A stretch of 63,946 nucleotides of DNA, filler included, from Thelocarpon superellum (Eukaryota), in the NCBI GenBank assembly GCA_026025795.1. It is 3 parts of 3 records of this genome, joined end to end, with 100 filler letters (N's around TTAATTAATTAA, not from the genome) between each part and the next. Parts side by side here need not be neighbours in the genome. Positions count along the whole stretch, not along the records: positions 1 to 23,286 come from JAPEUG010000285.1; 2 more parts are not named here. One strand, given 5' to 3'. Of this stretch, positions 1-14,851 are shown piece after piece (within the stretch, counting starts at the first letter, position 1; every line of letters starts with the position of its first letter). The notes below the pieces were generated by a model. That model had not been told where the DNA came from, ran no database searches, and saw nothing but the letters and a program-made list of their open reading frames with translations. A program made the position numbers and the translations under genes.

Positions 1-1373
1 GATCCAGTGCTCGTGTCCCCTTCTGCACACTTCCTTTTAATCCGTCCATCTTGTCCCATTCTATCTCGAACACGCCGCTGTTGGCCGGAATGGCTCTTTC
101 GCTGGCGGTGGTGGTGGTGGTGGTGGTGGTGGTGGTGGTCGGAGACGCCGCTCTCTGGCCCTCGAAAAACGCATTGAACCATACGTGCGCCACGGAGGTC
201 ACCATCGTCCATCCGTACGCGGCTTTGTTTCGCCGCTCGAAGTCAATGTTGATGTCGTTGCTGGGCAGGATGATGCGCGTGGATGGTTTGAAGACCACCG
301 CTTCACCTCCAGGATCTAACGGGATGGTGTTCGAGGCCAGTGAGGTTGCCGAATGGGCTCGCGGGAGACTCTTGGGCGGCCCTAACGAAGAACGGGGTGG
401 CGCTTTATTGCTGTCCTCGTCTTTGCTCTCTTCTCGTTTGAGCTCCACTTTCGCCGGCTCGGGGATGCTTGTGGCAGACTTGGTGAAGATGCGCTCGTCC
501 CGGCTGAAGACGTGAAAGGTCTGGATGATTCGGCCCTGCTCGACGTAGCCTTCCACGGACACCTTGACGCCGTCTCTCAAGCCCCAGACGTGCACTTCCG
601 TCACTTCCACTTGTCGCTCCACGTATTTCTTCCCCGTCTGGGTCCATTGATCGACGTAGTTCACCCATCGTAACTGACTCGGAATCGACACGCCCTGTCC
701 GAAGCCCGACCGCATTCGACGCTCCGTAAAGCGGGCCAGTGCCTCGTTCGGCTTCCAAGCGCACTCCGAGATCAGGTAGGAGCAGGCCACGGTTCCGGAC
801 CGACCCTTTCCCGCTGTGCATCAACCTATTAGCTTTGATCATCTCCCAACATCGCAAACTCGTCGCTGCATACCCTTGCAATGGACGACCACGACCCTCT
901 GCTTATCCTCCATCAGCCAGTTGCGCATACTGGCCATGATGGGCGGGATCAGAGCAAACGGCGGCGGATGGTGGTCGGGCCAGGGATAATGTCGGATCCG
1001 GCCGTAGACCTCCTCGTCGGGATATCCGGTTCCTTCGGCACGAAACTCCCATATTGCCCAGTTGTCCTTGTGTTTCCGATCGAGGAACTTGACCAAGTCC
1101 TCTAGGGGATTACGGTAGGCTAGTTGGGGGTAGGTGGACGACGGGCCGGACGTGGCGATGACTGAGTCACCATGTCAGTCCGCGGCGGATCAGACGTGGC
1201 ATGAGCTCCCCTCCGCGGAACACTTACTGTCATCCGTCACATAGCATAGGTCCAGGTCGGCTTCCGGATGTCGACTCCGTGGTCCGGCGACAATCTTGCG
1301 GAGGAGAGACGCCTGGGAGACCCCACGGGTTACGAACAGCTCTGATGAGGCATTGCGGGGTCAACCTTACCAT
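1..1373 (-). CDS. TEP1: PTEN-like phosphatidylinositol-3,4,5-trisphosphate 3-phosphatase (3' end runs off the window)
   Basis: Spliced reading gives M|ASLLRKIVAGPRSRHPEADLDLCYVTDD|IIATSGPSSTYPQLAYRNP...WPDHHPPPF...VVVHCK|AGKGRSG, i.e. the WPD loop and the CX5R signature HCKAGKGR. The first exon is the ATG alone (1371-1373). The (GGT)n at 107-139 encodes poly-Thr in frame. Confidence 0.93.
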
Positions 1374-1758
1374 TTTGTCGCTGTGAGATATCCACCCATT
1401 CCTCCAAAGGTGGTTCAAAGTCTCGGTTCCAATTGCTAGAATTCCACTCGCAAAATCGATTGTGCCAAGTCAAGCAAGTTGGGTCAAGCCAAGACATTTC
1501 CGCGTCTTCAGAACTATGATGTCACGTCCAGGTCGAGTTTCCTAATCGACTCGCTACTCCTATGGCGGACGGTTAGACGACGCAGCTTAAGCGGATCAAC
1601 GCCTACGGCCAGCACTACGGAGCCCCAGTCTCACTACTGGCAGTCACAACGTGCGTCTCCAACGATCCTAAGGCGGGAAGTATGCACGGAGTGACCTGGA
1701 ATCCATGCGTTGATTCTACTAGTGTACACTCTAGGTACAGAAGCTCATTCCCGATAGA

Positions 1759-3099
1759 TCATCTCCGCCGCAGATACCAATTGAAAGCCAACTGATGAAT
1801 ATCCGGGTGGAAGGGGCTTGGGACCTCGGCCAGGCCGGGCCGGGCCACGGGATGTCGCAAATACACGGCCGAGCACACGTTCTGGTTCACCTCGAGGTAG
1901 CGAGGGATAAAGGCGAAGGCGCTCATGTACGGTCGGGGACGCCACGGCGTCGAGTAGGGCTTGGTCGAGTCAATGGGGTTCTCACGTGCCTCGCGTAGGG
2001 CCGCCTGCAGTGCGCGTTGGTCGACCAGCGACAGTTCCACCTCCGACGGCTGCTGCGTCGACGCAGAAGAGAAGAGCTTGGACATGAGCTCGCTGAGTTC
2101 GGCGTCGGGATTTGTCGGCGAGGCTGTCTGGCCTTGTTGCTGCAACGCTCGACGGGCCGTGCGTTGAAAGGCGCGGAGTTGCTGCTTCTCCTTGGCCGAC
2201 AGCTCATGCTTTGAGACTTGGAGAGCGGAGCGGGCTTGTTGCAGCAATTGGTGGAGTGTCTCTCGCGGATCCGACACAGCCGGAGCCGACGAGTCACCGC
2301 TGGCCGGCTCGGAGGAGGTGTCTGCGTCGGCCGTCTGGCCCTCTCCATCACCCCCGTCTGCACCCTCGGCGGAAGCGTTGGCCACTTGCCTGTCCTTGGA
2401 CTTTCTAGCTGCAACGCGTCCTGCTCGTCTCTCGCGTCGGTCCTTGGGTACGCCTGTGGCGAAGAGCACCCGCTCGGGATCAACCTGGAACATGTCGCCG
2501 GGATTCAACAGGTAGCCGGGATATATCATCTACAAGGACTGACATTAGATCTGGAGACGAAGGTGGCTGTATTCGTCGCGTACCTTCTTCCCGTTGACGC
2601 TGACCGAACCGTGTACGACGAACTGTCGCGCCTGCCTCGTACTGCTGGCAAACAGCGCGCGAAAGATGGCCGTGTCCAGCCGTCGTTCGATGGGGGCGTA
2701 CACCATGTTGGTGTATGGGATCTTCGGTAGCCGTTTCTTGGCTCGAGCCTCGGCGACGTTCAGCCCCGAGCCCCGTCCGGCTGCTTGCTCCGAGCCATCA
2801 TTGCGCGCCAAGTAGACGTGGCTCATCGGGACGACCGACGCCATGTGGGGCCGGAACATGCGCTGCCATTGTTTTTCTCGCACTTGCTCGCCATGATAAG
2901 CTCGCGTCGACGATTTGGCCAGCCACTTTTGCTGGAAGAAGTTCTTGGCCCCGAGCGGTGGAGTGGTCGATCGTGAGATGTTGTAGAGATTGAACTTATT
3001 CCACGATTGGCGCAGTTTCTGTCTCGCGTTAGCGCATATCGAGTGTCGGGACATTGGAATCCCTACGATTCGTTTGAGTCCATGGAACCTTTTCCGCAT
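1759..3099 (-). CDS. NAM9: Mitochondrial ribosomal small-subunit protein uS4m
   Basis: [24 protein letters not shown]...[24 protein letters not shown]4 domain [36 protein letters not shown]-terminal [11 protein letters not shown]...WYLRRR; two introns. Confidence 0.95.
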
Positions 3100-3601
3100 C
3101 CTTGCGGCGGTCCGTCGTGCTCGAGCTCCACCCGGATCGATCGGAGAAGCTGCAGCTCAAAAAGTCCGTCGGCCTTTATTCGGGCAAGTCCGCTCGCCTG
3201 CTTACCCGGCGACGACCCGCCGCCCAATAGAGCTAGCCGTTTCCACAAATCGGCGTTGGCCGGCATCATTCAGGTCACAATTGTGGCGGGGTGATTCCAC
3301 AGCTCCCACTTCACCACCATTTCAATTCGTGATCGGGATTATCCATTCATCAGACTAAGCACATCAATAGCTGGGTCTGCTGAGACGCTATCTCACTCGG
3401 ACACTCTATGGGTGGAGTTATGAGCTAGACTATCATAGCTTGAGCCCTTTCTCGATTGTCGGTCAACCTGCCACTTCATTCTCCATAACGCAAGCTCTCA
3501 TCGGCCAGGCTGTGGACAGAGACCGAACTTCTGGTACCAGTAACACGTTCCTGCTCTTCTCTTGAGCTGTGCCTGCTCTTAACGCCTCATCTCCCAAGGA
3601 G

Positions 3602-5196
3602 ATGGCCGAAGCTCCGGTTGAGGCAGCCCAGCCTGTCCCATCGGTGGAGCCGACCGAGAATACAGAGCCCGTGACGAGTACGACAAACGGAGCTTCATCT
3701 GAGGTCAAGGAGAGCTTGGCGGAACCGAACACTTCAGAAGAGGCTCCTCAGGCCACGTCCAGTGCCTCAAATGGCGAGGCGAAAGGATCGAGCGACGTGA
3801 AGAGATCAGTGGAGGGAGATGAAATAAACGGAAACTCGACCAAGCCGTCGGAGCGAAAAGGATATCAGGGGAAGGGTCCACAATCGACCAAGAAGGAGAG
3901 GTATCGGCTCAACAACAAGTTTGATCCGCTGGCGGCAGGCACGAGCGACGATCCGGATGAGATTCGCAAGCAGGTCAGACTGGTCTCGCCCGAGGAGATG
4001 CGCCGTTGACCCCATGCTAGGTCGAATTCTACTTTTCCGACTCCAATCTACCCATGGACAAGTTCCTGCTTGCGCAGGTGGGGGGCGTGGAGAATAAGCC
4101 GGTGCAGATCAAGACGATCCACAACTTCAAGCGCATGCGTCGATTCCAACCCTTCGAGGCCGTGGTGGCAGCGCTCAAGGAGAGTAAGATCCTCGATGTG
4201 ACCGCGGACGAGTGCATCCAGCGCAAGGTCCCGATCGAACCCGCTGCGCTCGGAAAGTCGGTCGAGGAGGGGCAGAAGTGGGTGGAGGATAAGACGCTGA
4301 GTCGGAGCATTTACGCCGTACGGCCGCCGAAGCAACATGTTTGGGCCTGCTGACAGTCACGCAGAAGGGATTCGGTCAAGAGACGCCTACGACTCAGTTT
4401 GACATTGAAGCGTTCTTCGCAAGCTACGGCCCCACCAATGCCATCCGACTTCGGCGCGATCCTTGGGGCACGTTCAAAACCTCCGTCTTCGTCGAGTTCG
4501 CCGACGACGCGACGCAAGAAGCCTTCATGGCGCTGGAGCCCAAGCCGACGTGGAAGGGTAAGGAGCTGATGTGGAAGAGCAAAAAGGCGTACGTGGAGGA
4601 CAAGGCGGCCGATATGGCCGCCGGCCGGATCAAGCCGCCGCCTTCATATGGAAACAAGCGCGGCCGGGCGGACCAAGACGACTGGAAGAAGCGACGGGAG
4701 GAAGATCAAAAGCGCGGCTTCAAGGAAGACGGCGGACACCGTTCTTCGCGTGGCGGCCATGGCCGTGGCTCAGGCGGTCGCGGCGGCCGTGGGGGACACC
4801 CACGAGGTCGCGGCGGGAAACACCATCATCGGGATCGAGATGCGCCGTATGTTGCCTTTCTTTTCCTGAGCCGCCTATTCCACTGACATGTCACCGTGGC
4901 AAAGTAAATCACGCGATCACGACGAAGAAAAGGATGCCACGAAGGGCGCAGAGACCACCACGGCAGACGATACTGCCAACGCCGATGCAGCGGGAGAGAG
5001 CAAGGTGGCTGCAACTACGGCGGCAGAGACCAGGGCAGGAGAGAGCAGCAAGGTAGAAGAGAGCAAGGAAGCAACGAGCACGAAGAAGCGACCTCGCGAG
5101 GAGGAGGAAGGGCGAGGGGGCGGGGGCGGGGGAGGAGGAGGAAGTGGCACTGCGGAAGAACCACCGGCGAAGAAGGCCGACCTGAAGACAGACTGA
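3602..5196 (+). CDS. LHP1: La-motif/RRM RNA-binding protein (La homolog)
   Basis: EIRKQ|VEFYFSDSNLPMDKFL (La motif), then RRM SRSIYA|KGFG...FKTSVFVEF, then a basic/acidic tail; three introns. Confidence 0.92.
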
Positions 5197-5751
5197 AGAC
5201 TAAATGGGACGATTCTGGCTTATCCTGTCTGGTCTATCCTAGTCTCTTCCTCTCCAGGACGGACGTGTACGTATGCGCATGTGTATGTGTATGTGCACGT
5301 GTGCGCACTTTGACTTTCTCTGCATTGCCATAGCCATAGTACCAACGGTGCCGATAGGAATACGATACAATTCGACACGAATAGGAACGTACATGTACTT
5401 CGTACTAGTGGGACTCGACATTGACCTGGTATGGCTACAGTATGCGCCCTCTTTTCTCTCCCGCTGTTGCTTTACAGGCTTGCTACCCTCTTGGCAGGAA
5501 AGCAGCAAAGTCAGGGCGAAGACGGAGAATGGAACACAGATGATGCATACATTGGTTCTGATATGACATGACATGCTGGCCTGCTCTGATAGTACTGACA
5601 GTGACAGAAAGTAGTGCGACAAGATGAAGAGAGAAAGAGGAGAGAGACGGACAGAGAAAGCAGGGAAGTGGCCTCTTATCCAACAGCAACGACGACAAAT
5701 CTCCCCTCAACACATCTTATTTACAGCCTCGGCGCTCTCAGATGAGATGCA

Positions 5752-7684
5752 TCACGCCGCATGTTCTACAATCTCGCTGATGATCTTCCCGCCTCGCACC
5801 ACGCTCTTGATCTGTTCCGGGACGGGACATTCCTTGAAGTCGTCGTCGTCGTCAATGTCGTCGATGGTGGAGTCCTGCGCGCTGTTTCCGCCGGGGACGT
5901 TGATGTTCACGCTCGAGCATTTGCTGGTAAAGACCTCGCATCCGACACTGTCGCGTGAGAGGTAGACCGTTGCGCCGTCGACTTGGTCGAGGAGGATGGT
6001 CGGTAGCGAGCCAAGGACTTGGATGGCCACGTTGGGCGATTTGATCACGTCGACGGCCGACACAAGGGAGTCGACGATCAGAGAGACACGGATGCTGTTG
6101 TCGATGGAGATGGCGTTCGCTTTGCCCTCGATCCGGATCGTGCTGTTACGACATCGCGAGATGAGGATCGAGTGGTTCAGTTGCGCCTCGATCGTCACAG
6201 GGCCGGGTTCGGCATCGAGATTTTCCTGTCTAAATTAGACCGGGGGGGGGCATCTCCATGGCCATGGGCGCCACCTACCACGATCCACTTGTTCCCGTCC
6301 AGCTCTTTTCGCGGCGGTTTCTTTGTCCGCATGCCTTCAGGCTTGGGCTTCTTGCCCGGTGGGTGGGATTTGGACGAATTGACACTGGTCTGGCTGGCCG
6401 TGCGTGACGGGACCGTGGCGCCAGAACGGAGCGTTGGGTTCTTGTGCGTCATCTCGCTCTTGTCCACTTTCCGCAAGCCGGCCGTCACGGCCTCCCCTTG
6501 GTTGAGCTGCGAAAAGACCGCGTCCATGTCACCTCCTTTGGCAACAGGCTTAGGCATCGGAGGCACATCGTCAAATTTAGGAAGGGGAGGCGGCGGTGGT
6601 GGCGGCGGCGGGGGACCGCCACTGCCACTGCCACCAGACGTTGGCCGTTTGGGCGTTCCGGAGCTTGGCGTGGTTGGGATCTGCTGCAGGGCTTCTTTGG
6701 CGTCGACGCCGTCTCGATTCCAGACCAGACCCGCGGCATGATGTCGCTTGACGTAGGCCGACAAGGACTTGAAGACCTGGTAGAACGCTTGCGTCCATTC
6801 CACATGAAGTCGGTCCCTGGGGCAAGTCAGCCGAGGAAAGCACCCGGTAAGGGCAGCAGCGGCTCACTTCTCCTTGTACTCCTTCAACACCCGATTGCCA
6901 AAGAATTGTGCCGATTGAAGCGCGTCGCCAATCTGATCCGCCGGCGCCGAATCGGTTATCCACCCCAGTGCGTTGATCCCATCGGAGACGGCGCTGAGGT
7001 GGTTGAAGAATAGTGACGCGCGATTGGCCTCCCGGATATCGCAGACGATGCTGATTTGACGTTGAAGATCGGTCAGGATCTCCATGTAAATGGGCGATTG
7101 CACATCGGGCTTCCTGGCTTTGGTAGCCACGATCAAGATCTTCCGCTCGGCCCCAAAGGCTCGCAACACGCCTGACGACTGTGCTCAAGCGGTCAGCAGG
7201 TGTTGCAAGCGGTCATCTCCGTCGAAGAAATCCCACCTGTTCTGCCACCACACCACCAAGCTCATCGCTGAGATTGACGAATTTGGTCACGGGGCCATTG
7301 ATGAGTTCGTCAAAGCCTTCGATGGATGGCGGAAGCACCTCGGCACTCCGTTCTGGGGAGGTGGCGGCAACGTTTCCCGGCGTGGCTCCCATGGCGCCTG
7401 CAACGCTCGTCGATGCCGCTCCCGTGCCATTGCTCGTGGTGGCGACGAGAGAGGTCGGTTGGGCCATGTCCTCGAGCCGAGACGTCGCCGCTTCCAATCT
7501 ATGAAGTACACGTCTGAGCAATTGTCCTGCTATGGCGCTTCCCGATGTGAAAGGAGCGGGTTCGGAGACCAAGCTTGGCTGGAGAGGGTGGAGGGGAAGG
7601 TCGTGGCCAGGCGTATATGCAGAGACAAAGCATCACGTACCGCTTGATGAGGGTCGTCAGATTGTTCATGTTGTTGGCCGCCAT
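5752..7684 (-). CDS. SRV2: Adenylyl cyclase-associated protein (CAP)
   Basis: MAANNMNNLTTLIK|RLEAATSRLED N-terminal motif, helical domain, polyproline, WH2-like AVFSQLNQGEAVTAGLRKVDKSEMTHKNP, C-terminal CARP beta-helix ending EIVEHAA; several introns. Confidence 0.96.
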
Positions 7685-8117
7685 CTCGCACGCCTTTCCG
7701 GGACCCTGTTGTGGCTGGCTCCAAGCTGGTCAAGCTGTCGACAACGACGGAATGGTAGTAGGTCAGAGGGGCCAGCAGGATGGATCTGGGATCAGTCCCG
7801 TCGTCGACGATCTGCCCAGAAAGACTCTGGGAGGACGGGGTACCACGAGGGAATTGAGAGGGAAATCTTGAGAGGTGAACGTGGGCTCAAATCTTTCACA
7901 AGGCTGCAGCTCATCCCTACCGCGGGACGGCAAGCTGTGGCTGCTTGCTGCTCGTTCGAATGAAGCCTACGGCTTTTCGGTCTACGGAGACCGACACCCA
8001 CCAACATCACATGCCTTCGCTCCCGGTCAACTAGCTACTCGCACGCGACGGTCCCGACTGATAACACGCCAGACTCCGTACGAGAGTGCATCCGTTCACG
8101 GACGTCCATGTTTCAAG

Positions 8118-9317
8118 ATGGAAGGAAATTTGATAGAAAAGGATGGAGACGAGAGTAGGCTTGAATTCTGTACGCTTGGCATGTTCATCATAGGTACGGA
8201 GTAGAGGACCTGGGCCGGCACTTCGATCGGACGAACAGCTGAGCGGCGCTCGTCAGATGAGATACACTTTCCCCCGCCGTTACCCCCGGTCTACAATGTT
8301 CTGGGTGGGGCGGGTTCCTACTCGGCTCTTGGTGCTCGCCTCTTCTCGCCGCCACCGAGCTCGAAACGAGTGGGCTGGATAGTTGATGCCGGGTCCGACT
8401 TTCCGCCGTCAATCCGGGGACTCATTCAGAGCTGGCAGACGAGTTGCTTGATCCGCGAGACGCCAAGTCGCCAGACGACGCGAGGATGGAATGGATACGG
8501 TGCAGGAGAGCAGAGAGGTGAGTCATGGCATCCGCGGATCTTGGCAATGAAAAATGACCACGCAGCTTTCCGATATCTCACCCCCAAATTACGTCTCGAT
8601 CACCAATCGCTCCCGCCGGCGTTCCTGCGCTCCCGGTCGTTTCATCTGATCTGTTCCCCCACACGGGCCCTCGAGCTTGTAGAAGGCGTTCTCGCCAAAC
8701 GCGCCAGCATCAATGGATCCGACCACCATGACCTTCCACTTGTCATCTGGGAACCGGTGCCGGACCTCTGCACTCCCGACGAGCTTCCGGCCTGCTATGA
8801 GACCATGAGACACGTCGACGTCGTCAGCCCAAATCACCATGAACTGGGCGGCTTCTTCGGACAGGGTGCAGAGCACGTGTCGGACGAGGTCGACCGGTCC
8901 TTCGTGGAGGAGTGCTGCGCTAAGTGGCTCGACCGAGGCATTGGACGTGACGGCGGAGGAGCCGTGGTGGTCCGAGCGGGCCGAGTGGGCTGTTACTTGG
9001 CGAGACGAGGCATGTCCACGTGGCTCCCGGCCTTTCATCAACCAGACAGCGGGAAGGTTCACGACCCGACCGGCGGGGGTAATGCGTTCCTGGGCGGATT
9101 CGCCATGGGCCTGGTACGAGGCGGGTCTGCGCCGGGGGTGCAGAACCTAGAAGAAGCCGTCATGTGGGGGACGGTTGCGGCTAGCTTTGCCATCGAGCAG
9201 ATTGGTGTGCCACATCTGGGAGAAACGAGCGGGGAAGAGAGATGGAACGGCGTCCGCGTTCAAGATCGATTGCATGAATTTATGGAGACGTGTCGGAGAT
9301 ATATACACGAGAGGTGA
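8118..9317 (+). CDS. MAK32: PfkB/ribokinase-family protein, MAK32-like
   Basis: LEFCTLGMFII|DEIHF...NVLGGAGSYSALGARL; WEPVPDLC; VVSPNHHEL; PfkB signature DPTGGGNAFLGG; two introns. Confidence 0.85.
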
Positions 9318-9347
9318 AGGGTGGGGGGTGAAGGGTGAAGGATCAAT

Positions 9348-9793
9348 CTAGCTGGATTCCTGTCTAGCCCTGTCGGCGGCTTCCTTTTCTATAATCTGCT
9401 TGCTCCACCTAGACGGGCCAGCGGGTCAATCTCGGGAGAATACGGGCAAAGGGCGGGACACACGTACCATCGACTCGGGAAGGGTCGGTGAGGCTCGGGA
9501 AACGCCGTCCGTTGCTCTAGTCGTGCGCTTTGATTCCATACCAAGACGGTAATACCAGTGATGACGGCAGCCATGATGGCGGTGTTGGTCTTCCAGTTGC
9601 CCGGTTGTGAGTACCAGCCGCCGGTGGGCGACCACACATGCTTGGGGTACCTGGCGGATCGTTGTCAGGAAGGTGGTCAGTAGTCAGTTTTAGTCATGAC
9701 GTTGACTCACGGGATCTTGCCACCGCCGCCCTGTGAGAAGTTAGTGTGTTTCTCGACATCATGATTGACTTCCTTGAGCTATCGCCTCACCAT
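9348..9793 (-). CDS. Small single-TM mitochondrial protein, probable complex I accessory subunit (NUUM-like)
   Basis: Exons 9793-9791, 9730-9711, 9650-9468 and 9408-9348 give MGGGGKIPYPKHVWSPTGGWYSQPGNWKTNTAIMAAVITGITVLVW...FPSRWWSKQII, a conserved fungal small protein. The subunit identity is recalled from memory, not verified. Confidence 0.75.
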
Positions 9794-9890
9794 GATGATT
9801 GACCGAATCGTTGTGAGGACGAAGATGGTTAGTTGTCGCGCACGACAAATGTCGCGAGCTGAGGTGAGAGGCCATGTCGTGCTTACGTAA

Positions 9891-9950
9891 GATGTGTGGC
9901 TTGATGTGTGGCTTGATGTGTGGCTTGATGTGTGGCTTGGTGTGTGGCTT
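9891..9950. repeat. 12-bp tandem repeat (GATGTGTGGCTT)x5 in a divergent promoter
   Basis: Four perfect units and one variant unit, read directly. Confidence 0.95.
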
Positions 9951-10076
9951 GCCTATCCGACGGACGAGAGTTTCCTGGCGAAGAGGTGAAGAGTGTGAGA
10001 GGTCTTGACGACACACGACCACGGCGGTGTCCAAGGAGCAAAGCCGAGAGCGACCAGAGGAGGCCTACGTCCAAGC

Positions 10077-11282
10077 ATGAAGAGGTTACGCATAGGACGA
10101 TGGCAGGGGCACTGTCTCAATTCGAGGTCGCGGCCACGACCACGGCCACAGCTCCAGCCGCAGCTGGGTGGGAGCTGTGGAGAGTCAAGGTCACAGCAGA
10201 TGATGATACGATGCCAGTCAACATCAACAGTCCCTCCGCCAGCCAGCGGACTGCTCGAATCGACTCTACACGCCTCGTCCTTTGCGCCCACCTCTTCTTC
10301 CTCCGCCACGCCTCCCTCCGCGAAGCTTGCTGCCCTCCATGCCCGGCTCTCCCTCTCGCCCAAGTTCCCGCTGTCGACCCTCGCCCTGGCGCTGCGGGAT
10401 GAATCCGCGTATGCGTGCCCACTCAACAATTCCTCGCTCGCCCAACTCGGGAACAGCTTGATGTCATACCACCTGTCCGAGCACCTCATCGCGCACTACC
10501 CGCGACTGCCGATGCCGGTGCTCTTCGCGGCCATGTTCGCGTACGTGGGTCCTCCGTCGCTCACGGCGCTCGTGCACGAATGGGGCGTCGAGCCCGCCGC
10601 GGCCCCCGGCCCCGAAGTCGACGCGGGATTGCTGCAGCTCGAGCGGGTCCAATCGGGCGCAGCACCCAACCCGCTCCTGGTCGACCGCCGACCGAACGCG
10701 AAACGCAACTGGAGAAAAGGCATCAGCTCGCGGATCGTGTACGACGACGAGTTCGGCGACGTGCCATCGCTATCGCCCTCGCTCGGCAACAGCGGCACGA
10801 CGCTCGAGCGGGCCTCGACCAACTTCGCGCGGGCCGTGCTGGGGGCCATCTACCTACACAGCGGGCGACAAGCCGCGAAGCAGTTTGTGGGCTCGCACAT
10901 TCTATCACGGCACGTGGCGCTAGCGGGTCTGTTTGCATTCACCCAGCCGACGCGGGACCTGAGCCGGCTCTGCGCGCGCGAAGGCTTCGATGGACCGATT
11001 GCGCGGCTGATGTCGGAAACGGGCCGGCGGAGCCGCCACCCCGTCTTCGTCGTCGGCGTGTACAGCGGCCGAGACAAGCTGGGCGAGGGATCCGGCGCCA
11101 GTCTCGACGAGGCCCGGAATCGCGCCGCGGTCAATGCGCTGCTGGCGTGGTACCTGTATCGTCCGTCGAACGTGCGCGTGCCTAGTGATGCCGAGGGAGG
11201 GGCCAGCGAAGGCCGCGCGCGTGCAGGTGCAGGCGGCGATTGGCGCCCGTTGATGATTGATGGGGGGGAGGTAGTAGTGTAG
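10077..11282 (+). CDS. MRPL3: Mitochondrial ribosomal large-subunit protein mL44 (RNase III-like fold + dsRBD)
   Basis: Intronless ORF with a mitochondrial-type presequence; PPSAKLAALHARL, YPRLP, QPTRDLSRLCAREG, SETGRRSRHPVFVVGVYSGRDKLGEG. Confidence 0.92.
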   Translation: MKRLRIGRWQGHCLNSRSRPRPRPQLQPQLGGSCGESRSQQMMIRCQSTSTVPPPASGLLESTLHASSFAPTSSSSATPPSAKLAALHARLSLSPKFPLSTLALALRDESAYACPLNNSSLAQLGNSLMSYHLSEHLIAHYPRLPMPVLFAAMFAYVGPPSLTALVHEWGVEPAAAPGPEVDAGLLQLERVQSGAAPNPLLVDRRPNAKRNWRKGISSRIVYDDEFGDVPSLSPSLGNSGTTLERASTNFARAVLGAIYLHSGRQAAKQFVGSHILSRHVALAGLFAFTQPTRDLSRLCAREGFDGPIARLMSETGRRSRHPVFVVGVYSGRDKLGEGSGASLDEARNRAAVNALLAWYLYRPSNVRVPSDAEGGASEGRARAGAGGDWRPLMIDGGEVVV

Positions 11283-11443
11283 GGCGTAGATGTAGACATA
11301 ATGTACGCATAGGAGGAAAACGTCAGGGGAGAAGATTGCATTGGATTTGAGACGGAGCAGCTACAGAACCGGCGCAGAATGGGGATCGTCAACACCAAAC
11401 TCCTCTTTACACCCTTCCCATTCCCTCCATGGTCCGTTCCATT

Positions 11444-14321
<2,878 letters not shown>

Positions 14322-14548
14322 GCTGACGGCGGAATAGGAACGGAGCGAGCACGATGGACGAGGCGATGCTGGAGCAGTGCAGGGACACGATAGCAAAGGG
14401 ATCCAACTCGTCCAGCTAGAAGGGTGGAGGGGTGGAGAGGGGGAATGGGGGAAAGAGATGTCCGGACCAACGATTGTACTCCGGGACACTCGCGATATCA
14501 GGCTCCGCTTACCCGATCGGGCATTATAATGAGCCCAGGCGACAAGCG

Positions 14549-14574
14549 ACGCGTGAGACGCGTCCTACACGCGT
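14549..14574. promoter_or_regulatory. Cluster of three MCB (MluI cell-cycle box, ACGCGT) elements upstream of MCM3
   Basis: ACGCGT at 14549-14554, 14558-14563 and 14569-14574, about 230 bp 5' of the MCM3 ATG. Confidence 0.75.
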
Positions 14575-14851
14575 AAAGTAGCAGCCGGGCGCGAAGCGAC
14601 GAAACCACGTGCCGTCGCTATCAACAGTAGCATGACGCACCATTTACATTCACTTTTGCGCGGAACATTTCCACCAATACTAAAGGTGGTGGTGGTCTCG
14701 GTGGTGATTACTCCCTATTCCACCCTGTCGCTGTCGAAATGTACTCGGCCTAAGAATAGAGACAAACCGACTGCCTATGTTATCTATTCTCCGTTTTATG
14801 CTGTTCCGTTTCTTGTGGCGGCTGAGGGCGACCGTTCGCTATGGATGAGCG

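Noticed and set aside
107..139. Possible frameshift or poly-His in TEP1 at the microsatellite
   Set aside because: Careful reading keeps the frame (T11), and it continues into the conserved SGVFEIEWDKMDG.
51..515. ORF with a poly-Val 'signal/TM' segment
   Set aside because: Antisense to TEP1; the poly-Val is the (GGT)n that encodes poly-Thr on the real strand.
9891..9950. CRISPR-like array
   Set aside because: No spacers and a eukaryotic context; it is a simple minisatellite.
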